Assembly (NCBI GenBank): GCA_964385305.1
Contig: CAYLOP010000001.1
Coordinates: 4,073-68,072 of the forward strand
Direction of reading: 5' to 3'
Source of the DNA: an uncultured Anaerolineaceae bacterium
GTDB lineage: Bacteria; Chloroflexota; Anaerolineae; Anaerolineales; E44-bin32
DNA: 64,000 bases
Shown: piece after piece, positions 19,600 to 29,337 of the stretch
How positions within the stretch are numbered: position 1 is the first letter of the stretch
Layout of the letters: each line of letters starts with the position of its first letter
Notes under the pieces: generated by a model
What the model was told of the DNA's origin: nothing
Database searches by the model: none
Seen by the model: only the letters and a program-made list of their open reading frames with translations
Position numbers and translations under genes: made by a program

Positions 19600-22500
19600 A
19601 TGGTAGAGAAAGTGGCCAAGCGCAAATATGTGCCTTATGACGGGAACGCGGCGGCTGCTCATGCAGCCTATGCAACCAATGAGGTTATCGCTATCTATCC
19701 AATCACTCCCTCCTCGCCAATGGGGGAAATCGCGGATGCGAAAGCGGCAGACGGCGAAGTGAACATTTGGGGAACGGTACCCAATGTCACGGAAATGCAG
19801 TCTGAGGGTGGCGCGGCTGGCGCGGTGCATGGTGCTTTGACAACAGGCTCCCTCACAACGACTTTTACCGCCTCTCAGGGCTTGCTCTTGATGATCCCCA
19901 ATATGTTTAAGATTGCCGGTGAACTTACTCCGACAGTGTTTCACATTGCAGCTCGATCCGTGGCAGCGCAGGCTTTATCCATCTTCGGCGATCATAGTGA
20001 TGTGATGGCAGCGCGCTCCACGGGTTGGGGTCTTCTTTCGTCGAACAACATTCAAGAAGTCATGGATTTCGGGCTGATCGCGCAGGCAGCAGCCCTGGAA
20101 TCGCGCGTGCCCTTCTTGCATTTCTTCGATGGTTTCCGCAGCTCACATGAGATCCAGAAAATTGAAGAGTTGACCCATGAAGACATGCGGGCGATGATCG
20201 ACGAGGAGTGGGTGATTGCACATCGCAATCGTGGTCTCTCCCCCGATAGACCGTCCATCCGTGGCACCGCGCAGAACCCCGATGTCTTCTTCGCAGCTCG
20301 TGAAACGGTCAATCCTTATTATTTGAAAACCCCAGCCATAGTTCAGGGCGCGATGGATCGCTTCGCGAAGATTGTTGGTCGAGAATATCACCTCTTTGAT
20401 TATGTGGGTGCCCCCGATGCAGAGCGTGTTGTGGTGATGATGGGTTCAGGCGCCGACACGATGCATGAGACCGTGGAACATTTGGTGGCGCAGGGTGAAA
20501 AGGTTGGCATGATCAAGGTTCGCCTGTATCGCCCCTTCGATAAGGGTGCCTTTATTGGGGCTTTACCGAAGACCGTCAAATCCATCGCCGTGCTCGACCG
20601 CACGAAGGAACCCGGCGCGGGTGGTGAGCCTCTATACCTCGACGTTCAAAACGCACTTGTCGAAACAGCGATTGATGGAAGTAAGAGCCGCGATGCGTTA
20701 CCGATTGTCGTTGGAGGCCGTTACGGCCTTGGTTCCCGAGAGTTCAACCCTGGCATGGCGAAGTCCGTCTTAGACAACCTTGCTCAAAAGGAACCGAGAA
20801 ATCATTTCACGGTAGGTATTTACGATGATCTGACCAAGACCAACTTGCCCTGGGACGACACTTTCTCGGCTGAGTCAGCGAATGTACACCGGGCAATGTT
20901 CTATGGTCTGGGTGGTGATGGGACGGTTGGGGCGAATAAAAACTCGATCAAGATCATCGGCAAGGCCACCGACTACTATGCCCAAGGTTACTTCCAGTAC
21001 GACTCGAAGAAATCGGGCTCGATGACCATTTCACACCTGCGTTTCAGCCCTGATCCAATCCGCAGCACCTACCTTCTGCAAGAGGCGGAATTCGTAGCCT
21101 GTCATGCGTTCGCCTTCTTAGAGCGTTACGACATTCTCGGTAATCTCAAGCCGGGCGGCACGTTCCTGCTCAACAGTCCCTATCCTGCCGATGAGGTTTG
21201 GGATAAGTTACCGTATGAGGTGCAGGAAGCGCTGATCGATAAACAAGCCAAGTTCTACATCATCGACGCTTACTCCTTGGCGAATTCACTTGGATTGGGT
21301 TCTCGCATCAATGTGATTATGCAGACGGCGTTCTTCAGTATTTCAGGCGTGCTCCCAGAGGAGAAGGCGCTCAAGATGATGGAGCTGGCCGTTGAGGATA
21401 CCTATGGCTTGAAGGGTAAGGCGGTGGTGGGCATGAATATCAAGGCCGCCAACCTGGCAACCGACCGTATTCATAAGATCACCTTGCCCGAAAAGGCAAC
21501 CTCCAAGAACCATATGCTTCCGCCAGTCCCTGTTGACGCCCCCGAGTTTGTGCAAAAAGTGACCGGGGAGATGATCGCCAGACGTGGTGAGGAGATACCC
21601 GTTTCCCTTTTACCCAACGATGGCACCTATCCCACCGGTACGACCAAGTACGAGAAGCGCAACGTCGCACTGGAGATTCCTGTTTGGGACCCAGAAGTCT
21701 GCATCCAATGCAATCAATGCTCCTTGGTGTGCCCGCATGCCGCGATCCGCGCCAAAGTCTACGATGCCAGCCTGGCGAATGGCAACGCTCCAGAAGGATG
21801 GCAGTCTGTACCGGCGAAAGGGCGTGCCTTTGAGGGTATGATGTACACACTTCAGGTGGCGCCGGAAGATTGCACGGGTTGTGGCGCTTGCGTCCATATC
21901 TGCCCCGCCCATGCGAAGGATGAGAAGGGCGAGAAGACGGAGCATAAGGCGATCAACATGGCATCGCAGCCCCCGATCAGATTGCAGGAAGTGGCCAAGT
22001 GGGATTACTTCCTTTCGATCCCTGACCCCGATCCTTCTTTGTTCAATCGATTTAGCACAAAGGGGTCCCAGTTCTTGCCGGCGATGTTCGAGTTCTCGGG
22101 CGCGTGCGCAGGCTGCGGTGAGACACCCTATGTCAAGCTGCTTTCTCAACTTTTCGGCGATCGCATGATCGTGGCGAATGCGACCGGATGCTCCTCGATT
22201 TTCGGCGGCAACTTGCCAACCACACCCTATGCACCGCGATCTGATGGGCGCGGACCGGCATGGTCGAACTCGCTTTTCGAGGACAACGCGGAGTTCGGCA
22301 TGGGGATGCGACTCACAGTGGATAGGCAGACGACGTTCGCAAAAGAGTTGCTGGACAAGGTAGATATCAAGGGTGCCGCAGAACTGATTGAATCGATCAA
22401 GACGGCTGATGTAAGCACGCAAGAGGGGATCGAAGCACAGCGTGGGCGCGTAAGTGAACTCAAAGCGCATCTAGAGAAGCAAAATGATCCGATTGCAAAG

Positions 22501-23181
22501 CGCTTGCTTAGCGTCGCTGACTTCCTCGTGCCGAAATCGGTGTGGATCCTTGGCGGAGACGGCTGGGGCTACGACATCGGCTACGGTGGTCTGGACCATG
22601 TTTTGGCCTCCGGACGTAATGTCAACGTCCTTCTGCTCGACACCGGTGTTTATTCCAATACCGGCGGCCAGGCGTCCAAGGCCACGCCTCGCGCTGCGGT
22701 AGCGAAATTTGCCGCTGCGGGGAAGGATATGCCCAAGAAGGACTTGGGCGCGATCACCATGACCTATGGCAACATCTACGTCGCCCAGGTGGCCTTCGGC
22801 GCCAATATGACGCAGTTGGTCAAGGCCTTCCAAGAAGCCGAAGCCTATGACGGCCCATCTCTGATCATCGCCTACAGCCACTGCATTGCCCATGGAATCG
22901 ACATGACCACGGCAGCAGATCTGCACAAGGATGCAGTGGCAACGGGCTTCTGGCCCCTGTATCGTTACAATCCAATGCTGGCGGAGGAAGGCAAGAATCC
23001 GCTGCAATTGGACTCGAAGGCCCCCACGGAAAGCATTGACGAGTTTATGTACAAGCAAAATCGCTTCCGTTCTCTGCGCCAGGCGAATCCAGACCGGGCG
23101 AACATGCTCCTGGAGGCGCTCCGGAACGATGTGATCACCCGCTGGAAGTTCTACGAACAAATGGCAAACCTCGACATCTAA
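19600..23181 (+). CDS. nifJ: Pyruvate:ferredoxin (flavodoxin) oxidoreductase, single-polypeptide type
   Basis: 1193 aa. Two ferredoxin-type 4Fe-4S motifs (CIQCNQCSLVCP, CTGCGACVHICP), a ThDP-binding GDGWGYDIG, and a typical N-terminus (GNAAAAHAAYATNEVIAIYPITPSS). Confidence 0.95.
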   Translation: MVEKVAKRKYVPYDGNAAAAHAAYATNEVIAIYPITPSSPMGEIADAKAADGEVNIWGTVPNVTEMQSEGGAAGAVHGALTTGSLTTTFTASQGLLLMIPNMFKIAGELTPTVFHIAARSVAAQALSIFGDHSDVMAARSTGWGLLSSNNIQEVMDFGLIAQAAALESRVPFLHFFDGFRSSHEIQKIEELTHEDMRAMIDEEWVIAHRNRGLSPDRPSIRGTAQNPDVFFAARETVNPYYLKTPAIVQGAMDRFAKIVGREYHLFDYVGAPDAERVVVMMGSGADTMHETVEHLVAQGEKVGMIKVRLYRPFDKGAFIGALPKTVKSIAVLDRTKEPGAGGEPLYLDVQNALVETAIDGSKSRDALPIVVGGRYGLGSREFNPGMAKSVLDNLAQKEPRNHFTVGIYDDLTKTNLPWDDTFSAESANVHRAMFYGLGGDGTVGANKNSIKIIGKATDYYAQGYFQYDSKKSGSMTISHLRFSPDPIRSTYLLQEAEFVACHAFAFLERYDILGNLKPGGTFLLNSPYPADEVWDKLPYEVQEALIDKQAKFYIIDAYSLANSLGLGSRINVIMQTAFFSISGVLPEEKALKMMELAVEDTYGLKGKAVVGMNIKAANLATDRIHKITLPEKATSKNHMLPPVPVDAPEFVQKVTGEMIARRGEEIPVSLLPNDGTYPTGTTKYEKRNVALEIPVWDPEVCIQCNQCSLVCPHAAIRAKVYDASLANGNAPEGWQSVPAKGRAFEGMMYTLQVAPEDCTGCGACVHICPAHAKDEKGEKTEHKAINMASQPPIRLQEVAKWDYFLSIPDPDPSLFNRFSTKGSQFLPAMFEFSGACAGCGETPYVKLLSQLFGDRMIVANATGCSSIFGGNLPTTPYAPRSDGRGPAWSNSLFEDNAEFGMGMRLTVDRQTTFAKELLDKVDIKGAAELIESIKTADVSTQEGIEAQRGRVSELKAHLEKQNDPIAKRLLSVADFLVPKSVWILGGDGWGYDIGYGGLDHVLASGRNVNVLLLDTGVYSNTGGQASKATPRAAVAKFAAAGKDMPKKDLGAITMTYGNIYVAQVAFGANMTQLVKAFQEAEAYDGPSLIIAYSHCIAHGIDMTTAADLHKDAVATGFWPLYRYNPMLAEEGKNPLQLDSKAPTESIDEFMYKQNRFRSLRQANPDRANMLLEALRNDVITRWKFYEQMANLDI

Positions 23182-23210
23182 GTTACATCGTACCCCGGTT
23201 TGCCGTTATG

Positions 23211-23252
23211 CTCCCCGCATGCGTTGCGCTTGCGGGGAGCAATTTATTCTTT
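23211..23252 (+). terminator. Intrinsic terminator downstream of PFOR
   Basis: CTCCCCGCA (23211-23219) pairs with TGCGGGGAG (23231-23239) across an 11-nt loop. Followed by the T-rich CAATTTATTCTTT. Confidence 0.65.
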
Positions 23253-23379
23253 AGCTGGATGGTGTGCTTGCGGTATTCGCGTGGAATGCCACTATAACTC
23301 TATGCTGGTTGGAGCGCAGGCGGGTAGGGATAGGGCGTGCGCATCATATGCATCAAGACAAGCGAACACCAGGTTTTGT

Positions 23380-24360
23380 TTAGATCATGCCTTGGGAGCG
23401 ATACCAATCATATGCGGCCTGTGCTGCGTCTCGGAAGAGGCGCGGGGCTGGGAGTTGGAGGCCGCGTTGTGATTTGGAAAGATCACAGTATAGATGGTGG
23501 CGGCTCATGCGTAATTGAGCGCTGTTGAAAGGAAGGCGGATCATAGGCTGCAGCGAATCGATCAAACGGGCTGCGGGATCGACGATCCAGTTCGGTATCT
23601 TCAACCAGGGAGGCCGCCGCCCGACGACCTCTGCCAGTATCGTGAAAGCCTCGTGATGCGATAAGTTTTCCCCACCAAGGATGTATCGCTCGCCAGGAAT
23701 ACCTCGCAAGGCAGCAGCCAGATGACCCTCGACGACATCCTGGATATGGACTGCGTTGATACCCCCTTCTAGCCAAAAGAAGTCCCATCCTCGGGCAGCT
23801 TCGATAACCATCGATCCGCCGATGCGATTAAGGTCGCCTGGTCCCATCACGACGGTGGGATTGACGATGATAACTTCGATACCCCGGGCGGCAACTTTCA
23901 ATGCCTCGATCTCGGACTGACGCTTGGCGTAGCCATAGGGGAAGATTTCAGGGTCCAAGTTGAAGCTGTGATCCTCCGTCAGCAGTTCTCCATGCGTTGG
24001 AACGCCCATCGCCGCAATAGAGCTGGTGAGCACGACGCGTGCAACACCTGCATCGAGGGCGCCCTGCAGCACATTTTGAGTGCCATCGATGGCCGTGGTT
24101 AGGACCCCTTCGGGGTGGCGCCAGTAAGCCGAGAGCGCTGCTGCGTGGAATACCCAGTCCACATCCTCGAAAGCATTATGCAGCGTATTCGGTTGGAGGA
24201 TGTCAGCGACAACACGCTCGACGGGTAGGCTATCGAGCGCCGCAAGCGACGAGGTCGGGCGATGCATCGCGCGTACACGGTAGCCACGCGAAACAAGCTC
24301 GCGGCAAAGCGACGAGCCGATAAAGCCCGTCGCACCGGTGATAAGTACGGTCTCAGTCAA
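23380..24360 (-). CDS. NAD(P)-dependent extended SDR (epimerase/dehydratase/reductase family)
   Basis: GATGFIGSSL Rossmann motif, catalytic YGYAKRQ (YxxxK), 326 aa. Its start overlaps the stop of the upstream alpha-oxoamine synthase gene by 8 nt. Confidence 0.8.
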   Translation of the reverse strand: MTETVLITGATGFIGSSLCRELVSRGYRVRAMHRPTSSLAALDSLPVERVVADILQPNTLHNAFEDVDWVFHAAALSAYWRHPEGVLTTAIDGTQNVLQGALDAGVARVVLTSSIAAMGVPTHGELLTEDHSFNLDPEIFPYGYAKRQSEIEALKVAARGIEVIIVNPTVVMGPGDLNRIGGSMVIEAARGWDFFWLEGGINAVHIQDVVEGHLAAALRGIPGERYILGGENLSHHEAFTILAEVVGRRPPWLKIPNWIVDPAARLIDSLQPMIRLPFNSAQLRMSRHHLYCDLSKSQRGLQLPAPRLFRDAAQAAYDWYRSQGMI

Positions 24361-25534
24361 TGAGATTCAACTTTCGGCCAACTTCGCCCAGGATGTTGAG
24401 GGCGCGGTCGATTTGTTCATCGGTGTGAGTGGCCATGTAGCTTGTGCGCAGCAAACACATATCCGGTGGGACAGCGGGGGAGACCACCGCGTTGGTATAA
24501 AGCCCAGCCTCAAAACACATTTTCCAGGCCATGAAGGTTTCTTCCATACCGCCAATAATGATGGGGATGATAGGCGTGACGCTTGCACAGGTGTCGAAGC
24601 CCATGGCTTGCAATCCGGTTCGCATCCGTTCGGTTACTTCCCAGAGGCGTTCGACGTGTTCCGGTTCGTTTTCCATGATGTCGAGCGCTGCGAGCACGGC
24701 GGCGACGTTGGAGGCCGGCATGGATGCGCTGAAGATCATGGAGCGTGCGTTGTGCTGAATGTAGTGCACCACATCTTCGGCGCCGGCGATGAAGCCCCCC
24801 AGGGAAGCGAAAGATTTGCTAAAGGTTCCCATGATCAAATCGACATGATCGGTGACACCGAAGTGTGCAGCGGTGCCGCGCCCGCCCCCCATCACGCCCA
24901 GGCTGTGGGCGTCATCGACCATCAGGCGGGCGCCGTACTTCTCGCAGATGGGGCATATCTCGGGGAGCGGTGCCAGATCACCACCCATACTGTATACGCC
25001 ATCCACAACGACCATCCTGCCTATCTTTTCATCGATCATCCCCAAAACGCGCTCAAGGTGCTCAAGGTCGTTGTGATTGAAGCGTCTGGTTTGGCCCATT
25101 GCCAGTCGGCAGCCATCCACAATGCTGGCATGATCATCTTTGTCGGTGACGACGGTCTCCCCGCGGCCGATCAGACAGGAGATCACACCTAGATTGACCT
25201 GATAACCTGTGCTGAAGACCAGGGCAGCCTCTTTTCCGACGAAGACTGCCAGACGGGTTTCCAATTCCTTGTGCAGGGCGAGCGTACCATTGAGGAACCT
25301 CGATCCTGTGCAGCTTGTGCCATAGCGTTTCACGGCGTCGAGAGCGGCCTGGCGCACGCGCGGGTCTGTCGTAAGTCCGAGATAGTTATTGGAACCAATC
25401 ATGAGAATGCGGCGGCCGTCGATCACAACCTCGGTGCCCTCTGTGTCTTCAAGCGGCAGGAAGTACGGGTAAAGACCGGCAGCTTGCATCTCACGGGCGG
25501 CGGTGTATTGGCGGCACTTTTCAAAGAGATCCAT
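24353..25534 (-). CDS. PLP-dependent alpha-oxoamine synthase, serine palmitoyltransferase-like
   Basis: GSNNYLGL, GTSCTGSRFLNGT, FSTGYQVNLG, DDHASIVDGC, VDDAHSLG, and PLP-Lys in GTFSKSFASLGG. From memory, the blocks resemble bacterial SPT more than KBL or BioF. Confidence 0.85.
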   Translation of the reverse strand: MDLFEKCRQYTAAREMQAAGLYPYFLPLEDTEGTEVVIDGRRILMIGSNNYLGLTTDPRVRQAALDAVKRYGTSCTGSRFLNGTLALHKELETRLAVFVGKEAALVFSTGYQVNLGVISCLIGRGETVVTDKDDHASIVDGCRLAMGQTRRFNHNDLEHLERVLGMIDEKIGRMVVVDGVYSMGGDLAPLPEICPICEKYGARLMVDDAHSLGVMGGGRGTAAHFGVTDHVDLIMGTFSKSFASLGGFIAGAEDVVHYIQHNARSMIFSASMPASNVAAVLAALDIMENEPEHVERLWEVTERMRTGLQAMGFDTCASVTPIIPIIIGGMEETFMAWKMCFEAGLYTNAVVSPAVPPDMCLLRTSYMATHTDEQIDRALNILGEVGRKLNLID

Positions 25535-25845
25535 AGGGGGTCCTTTCTTTTATCCCATGTCTTCTATTCGTCATAACACTAAAGAATAGCCGCCGATTTG
25601 CCGACCATGTAAATATGCTCGCGATAATCCGATGATGAGATTTCTTGTGGTTTTGATAGGAGGGACGTTTTGTCGTGATGTTTGGCTGATTGTGGGCGGA
25701 CGCACGCAAGGATAAGGCGATCGAGCGTTCTTGTCAAAGGATTCATCCATAGTGGCGGTGAAGAACCTTCGTGGGATCATTACTGGAATTGCCCTGATGC
25801 AAACCAGTGTTGACAGATAGACCTCACCAGGAATCTTCACCCACC

Positions 25846-25874
25846 TTGAGGCTGAAAGCCAATATCCTTACAAT
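25846..25874 (+). promoter_or_regulatory. Candidate sigma-70-type promoter for the HAD hydrolase gene
   Basis: TTGAGG (25846-25851), 17-nt spacer, TACAAT (25869-25874). It lies about 29 nt upstream of the ATG at 25903, which is preceded by GGAGGAGG. Confidence 0.35.
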
Positions 25875-25902
25875 ACAGTTTATTGGAGGAGGTGTCGTCT
25901 GC

Positions 25903-26568
25903 ATGAAAAACCGTCGTCGTGGCGTCCTTTGGGATTTAGATGGTGTGTTGGCGGATACGGGGGAGTCTCACTATCAATCGTGGGTCGAGACTTTAACGGA
26001 GAACGGCATCCCTTTCACACGTGAGCAGTTCCAGGCGACATTCGGCATGAACAACAAGGGGATTCTAACGATTCTCCTGGGACACCCTCCCGACCCAGAA
26101 ATGTTGGCGAAGATCGGCCAGGCAAAGGAACACCGTTTTCGCCAGGCCATTCGGGGAAGCGTGAGGCCGCTCCCAGGCGTGTTGGTATGGCTTGAGCGTT
26201 TGGGGGAAATGGGCGTCCGCCAGGCGGTCGCCTCCTCGGCGCCGTATGAGAATGTCGAAGCATTGGTCGATGAACTGGAGATATCATCGTTCTTCGATGC
26301 CCTGGTATCGGGAAGCGGTATGCCTGGAAAACCGAACCCAGACGTTTTCCTCCATACTGCCCGGCAGATCGATGTGCTGCCCGAGCGCTGTATCGTGGTC
26401 GAGGATGCGATCGCAGGTGTGACGGCAGCCAAGCGCGCCGGGATGAAGTGCATCGCGGTAACGACCACCAACCCGGCTGAAACACTAAGCGCGGCTGATA
26501 TCGTGGTTGAGGGGCTCGATAAACTCCAGCCCGATGTGATTGACACACTTCTTCCATCTTTGGAGTGA
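25903..26568 (+). CDS. HAD superfamily hydrolase (beta-phosphoglucomutase-like subfamily IA)
   Basis: Motif I VLWDLDGVLADT; motifs II-IV (ASSA, GKPNPDVF, VVEDAIAGVTAAKRAGM). Strong RBS GGAGGAGG before the ATG at 25903; the ORF opens at a GTG at 25807. Confidence 0.85.
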   Translation: MKNRRRGVLWDLDGVLADTGESHYQSWVETLTENGIPFTREQFQATFGMNNKGILTILLGHPPDPEMLAKIGQAKEHRFRQAIRGSVRPLPGVLVWLERLGEMGVRQAVASSAPYENVEALVDELEISSFFDALVSGSGMPGKPNPDVFLHTARQIDVLPERCIVVEDAIAGVTAAKRAGMKCIAVTTTNPAETLSAADIVVEGLDKLQPDVIDTLLPSLE

Positions 26569-26649
26569 TCCGTTCCACATTGGGACGCGCGTCATCAGCA
26601 CTCTCATTCGCGTTGGGTTTAATGTATGTGCTGAGCGCTACACGATCAC

Positions 26650-26677
26650 TTGACTTCGCCCTCTCACCCTGTATAAT
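26650..26677 (+). promoter_or_regulatory. Near-consensus sigma-70-type promoter driving the serS leader
   Basis: TTGACT (26650-26655), 16-nt spacer, TATAAT (26672-26677). Confidence 0.6.
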
Positions 26678-26684
26678 CGAGCCA

Positions 26685-26972
26685 ACAGTCCATAGGCGCA
26701 CGTGCGCCATCGAAAGATAAGCGCGGAGCCCAGTAGCCTGGGGCACCCCACACAGAGAGCCGCCGGTTGGTGCGAGGCGGCGCAGGTAACACAGGTGAAT
26801 CCCCTCCGCCGGCCTTCACGAGAGGCTTGTCGCTCCCGCAGGGGCGGAAAACTCCGCCGTAAGGGAAGCCGGGTTCGCCCGTTACAGCGCATAGAGGCCG
26901 CTCCGGCGGCGAAAGCAGGTGGCACCACGAGCGCCCCCTCGTCCTGCAGATGAGGGGGCGTAACGATTTTTT
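26685..26972 (+). promoter_or_regulatory. T-box riboswitch leader (tRNA-Ser responsive) with terminator, upstream of serS
   Basis: The stem I base helix is GCGGAG (26723-26728) paired with CTCCGC (26804-26809). Other stem I elements are the AGTA box (26732-26735), the AGAGA element (26754-26758), and a distal loop GGTGCGA on a GCCGCC/GGCGGC stem. The specifier-loop 3' side reads GAA-TCC-C, with the Ser codon UCC at 26800-26802. The T-box sequence is AGGTGGCACCACG (26917-26929). The terminator is CGCCCCCTC (26932-26940) paired with GAGGGGGCG (26952-26960), followed by T6 (26967-26972) just before RBS AGGAGG. Confidence 0.8.
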
Positions 26973-26984
26973 AGGAGGCGTGCC

Positions 26985-28268
26985 ATGCTGGACATACAAC
27001 TCATCCGTGAGAAACCAGAAGAAGTCAAAGCTGCTTTGGCGAGACGCGGGATCGCACCCCCGATCGACCAAGTCCTAAGCCTAGACTCCCAATGGCGCGA
27101 GACGCTGACCGAGGTTGAGACGCTGAAGGCAGAGCGCAACAAGGTCTCAAAAGAGATCGGGAAGATGGCAGATAAGGGAGCGCGCCAGGATCGCATCGCA
27201 GCGATGCGGGAGCTTGGTGCGCGTATCGATGCGCTCGATGGTGAGGTTGCCGAGGTGGAGGCGCAGATCCACGAACTCCTGATTGAGATCCCCAATCTTC
27301 CACACCTGAGTGTCCCAGATGGTCCCGACGAGAGTGCCAATGTGGTGGTGCGCACCGTCGGCGAACTGCGCACCTTCGATTTTGATCCCAAACCCCATTG
27401 GGAATTGGGATCTGCGCTTGGGATCATGGATTTCGAACGGGGCGTTAAGGTCACGGGGTCGCGCTTCTACGTGTTAAGCGGAGCGGGTGCGCGCCTGCAG
27501 CGCGCCCTGATCGCGTGGATGCTCGATCTGCATATCAGGCAGGGCTATCAAGAGAAGTACACGCCTTTCATCGTGCGAGGAGAAACCCTGTTCGCAGCCG
27601 GACAGTTGCCGAAGTTCAAGGACAATCTCTATAAGGACCATGAGGAGGATTTGTGGATGGTGCCCACGGCTGAAGTCCCCCTGACCGGCTTGCACATGGA
27701 GGAGATCCTCGATGGTCAGACCTTGCCGCGCCACTACACCGCCTATACGCCCTGCTTCCGGCGAGAAAAGATGTCGGCGGGCCGTGATGTGCGTGGAATC
27801 AAACGCGGGCACCAGTTCGACAAGGTGGAGATGTACACCTTCTGTACGCCGGAAACTTCGCAGGACGAACTGGAGCAAATGGTGGCGCATGCTGAGGAGA
27901 CCTGTCAGCAATTGGGGTTTGCCTATCGCGTGATCGAATTGTGCACTGGCGACCTTGGCTTCACCTCCAGCAAGACGTACGACATTGAAGTATGGGCGCC
28001 GGGTTGTGATGAGTGGCTGGAGATCTCGTCGCTCTCCAACTGTACAGATTTCCAGGCACGCCGCGCCAACGCGCGCTATCGCCCTGAAACGGGTGCGAAG
28101 ACGCGTTTTGTACACACGTTGAATGGTTCGGGATTGGGACTACCGCGCACGCTTATTGCCGTACTCGAGAATTATCAGCAGGCGGATGGCAGCGTTGCAG
28201 TTCCTGAGGTGCTTCAGCCGTGGATGGGTGGAATCGACATGATCACACCGGAGCATCATGGCGAGTAA
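26985..28268 (+). CDS. serS: Seryl-tRNA synthetase
   Basis: N-terminal coiled-coil tRNA-binding arm ([22 protein letters not shown]...). Class II motifs ([39 protein letters not shown]). 427 aa. Confidence 0.95.
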   Translation: MLDIQLIREKPEEVKAALARRGIAPPIDQVLSLDSQWRETLTEVETLKAERNKVSKEIGKMADKGARQDRIAAMRELGARIDALDGEVAEVEAQIHELLIEIPNLPHLSVPDGPDESANVVVRTVGELRTFDFDPKPHWELGSALGIMDFERGVKVTGSRFYVLSGAGARLQRALIAWMLDLHIRQGYQEKYTPFIVRGETLFAAGQLPKFKDNLYKDHEEDLWMVPTAEVPLTGLHMEEILDGQTLPRHYTAYTPCFRREKMSAGRDVRGIKRGHQFDKVEMYTFCTPETSQDELEQMVAHAEETCQQLGFAYRVIELCTGDLGFTSSKTYDIEVWAPGCDEWLEISSLSNCTDFQARRANARYRPETGAKTRFVHTLNGSGLGLPRTLIAVLENYQQADGSVAVPEVLQPWMGGIDMITPEHHGE

Positions 28269-28749
28269 AATTCTGGTCTCAGTCCTTGTTGGCCTGGTGA
28301 TGCTGTTGGGTTTGGCAGGCGTGCTGATTCCCGTGCTTCCAGATGTGCTCTTGATCTGGGGTGCTGCGCTGGGCTATGGATTGGTGATGGGTCTGGAGGG
28401 GCGAGGTGCATGGTTTTTCGGTGCGATCACACTTCTAGGGGTTGCTGCACTGGCGGCCGAAGTGTGGGTGAGCGGGATCAGCGCGAAGAAGAGCGGGGCA
28501 TCCTTCTGGACAGTACTTACCGGATTTTCGGTGGGAGCAGCGGGTTTCTTCCTCCTGGGCCCAATAGGCGCTGTCATTGGATTGCTGCTGGGGATCTTCC
28601 TTTTCCAGCTGATCCGTCTCCGGGAGGTGAGAGAGGCAGCGCGAACTGTACTCGGAACAGGCTTGGGTTGTGGGGCGTCGTTCGTGGTGAAGTACCTATT
28701 AGCGCTTGGGATGTTCGTAACCTGGTTGCTGTGGGTGTTCCTGGGGTAG
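28258..28749 (+). CDS. DUF456-family small membrane protein
   Basis: Four hydrophobic helices, and the [20 protein letters not shown]-terminus typical of DUF456. Overlaps the serS stop by 11 nt. Confidence 0.65.
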   Translation: MASKILVSVLVGLVMLLGLAGVLIPVLPDVLLIWGAALGYGLVMGLEGRGAWFFGAITLLGVAALAAEVWVSGISAKKSGASFWTVLTGFSVGAAGFFLLGPIGAVIGLLLGIFLFQLIRLREVREAARTVLGTGLGCGASFVVKYLLALGMFVTWLLWVFLG

Positions 28750-28754
28750 TCGAT

Positions 28755-29330
28755 CTAAGGGTTAAAGAAGACCATCCCGACCCCCTGGCGTTCTAAACCT
28801 TGCTCAGCCCAGAATTCGACGATGCGGGATGAATCGTTTAATGCTGCGAGCAGGGGGGGAATGGCTTGGGGGTTGTCTATGTTTGATAGCGCGCGAACGG
28901 CTTCGATGCGAACGCCGGCATTGGGTGAGACCATGGCTTCGGCCAATGCACCAATGGCAGGCTGGCCGATAGCAGCCAAAGCATCGGAAGCGAGCCGTGC
29001 GACCAAGCGATCTGGGTCTTCGAGTACTTTGATCAGGCCAGGGATAGCAGATGTCATAGGCCGCTTGCGCAAGCCCAGCGCGGTGCACTGCCGTACGGCC
29101 GGATCGGGATCATGGAGCGCTTCACGCAGCGCATCCCAACCCGATGGATCGTCAACGGATGCCAGGGCTCTCACGGCCCACCAGCGATGGTCGCTATTTG
29201 GAGAATCAAGCAATGGGGTTATCATTTTGCTCGCACCCGCCCCCATCTCTGCGAGCTGCGTAACCGCACCCTCCGCCCGAGCGTCGTCCCCGGAGGTTAA
29301 CGCTTCAAGTAAGGCCTCCAGATCGGTCAC
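28755..29330 (-). CDS. HEAT-repeat (PBS-lyase HEAT-like) protein
   Basis: Repeated ...D..VR..A..AL... units (HRWWAVRALA, DPAVRQCTALGL, DRLVARLASDAL, NAGVRIEAVRAL). The ORF runs to 29402 but would overlap the upstream gene by 65 nt. An in-frame GTG at 29330 sits just after that gene's stop. Confidence 0.65.
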   Translation of the reverse strand: MTDLEALLEALTSGDDARAEGAVTQLAEMGAGASKMITPLLDSPNSDHRWWAVRALASVDDPSGWDALREALHDPDPAVRQCTALGLRKRPMTSAIPGLIKVLEDPDRLVARLASDALAAIGQPAIGALAEAMVSPNAGVRIEAVRALSNIDNPQAIPPLLAALNDSSRIVEFWAEQGLERQGVGMVFFNP

Positions 29331-29337
29331 AAAACTA

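Noticed and set aside
21610-23160. Two long minus-strand ORFs (286 aa and 229 aa)
   Set aside because: Both are antisense to the PFOR gene, whose frame carries unmistakable 4Fe-4S and ThDP motifs. The translations are Arg/Leu-rich with no domains.
24338-25192. 284-aa ORF on the + strand
   Set aside because: It is entirely antisense to the well-supported alpha-oxoamine synthase gene. Its His/Gly/Asp-rich low-complexity translation has no recognisable motif. This is a typical shadow ORF in GC-rich coding sequence.
26861-26890. GGGTTCGCCC, resembling a tRNA T-arm
   Set aside because: No acceptor, D or anticodon arms can be built around it. It lies inside the T-box leader (stem II/III region).
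26015-27454. Several 80-243-aa ORFs spanning the HAD 3' end, the 26569-26984 gap and the serS 5' end
   Set aside because: The gap is explained by a promoter plus T-box leader plus terminator. The ORFs cross RNA structural elements and overlap real genes in the wrong frame.
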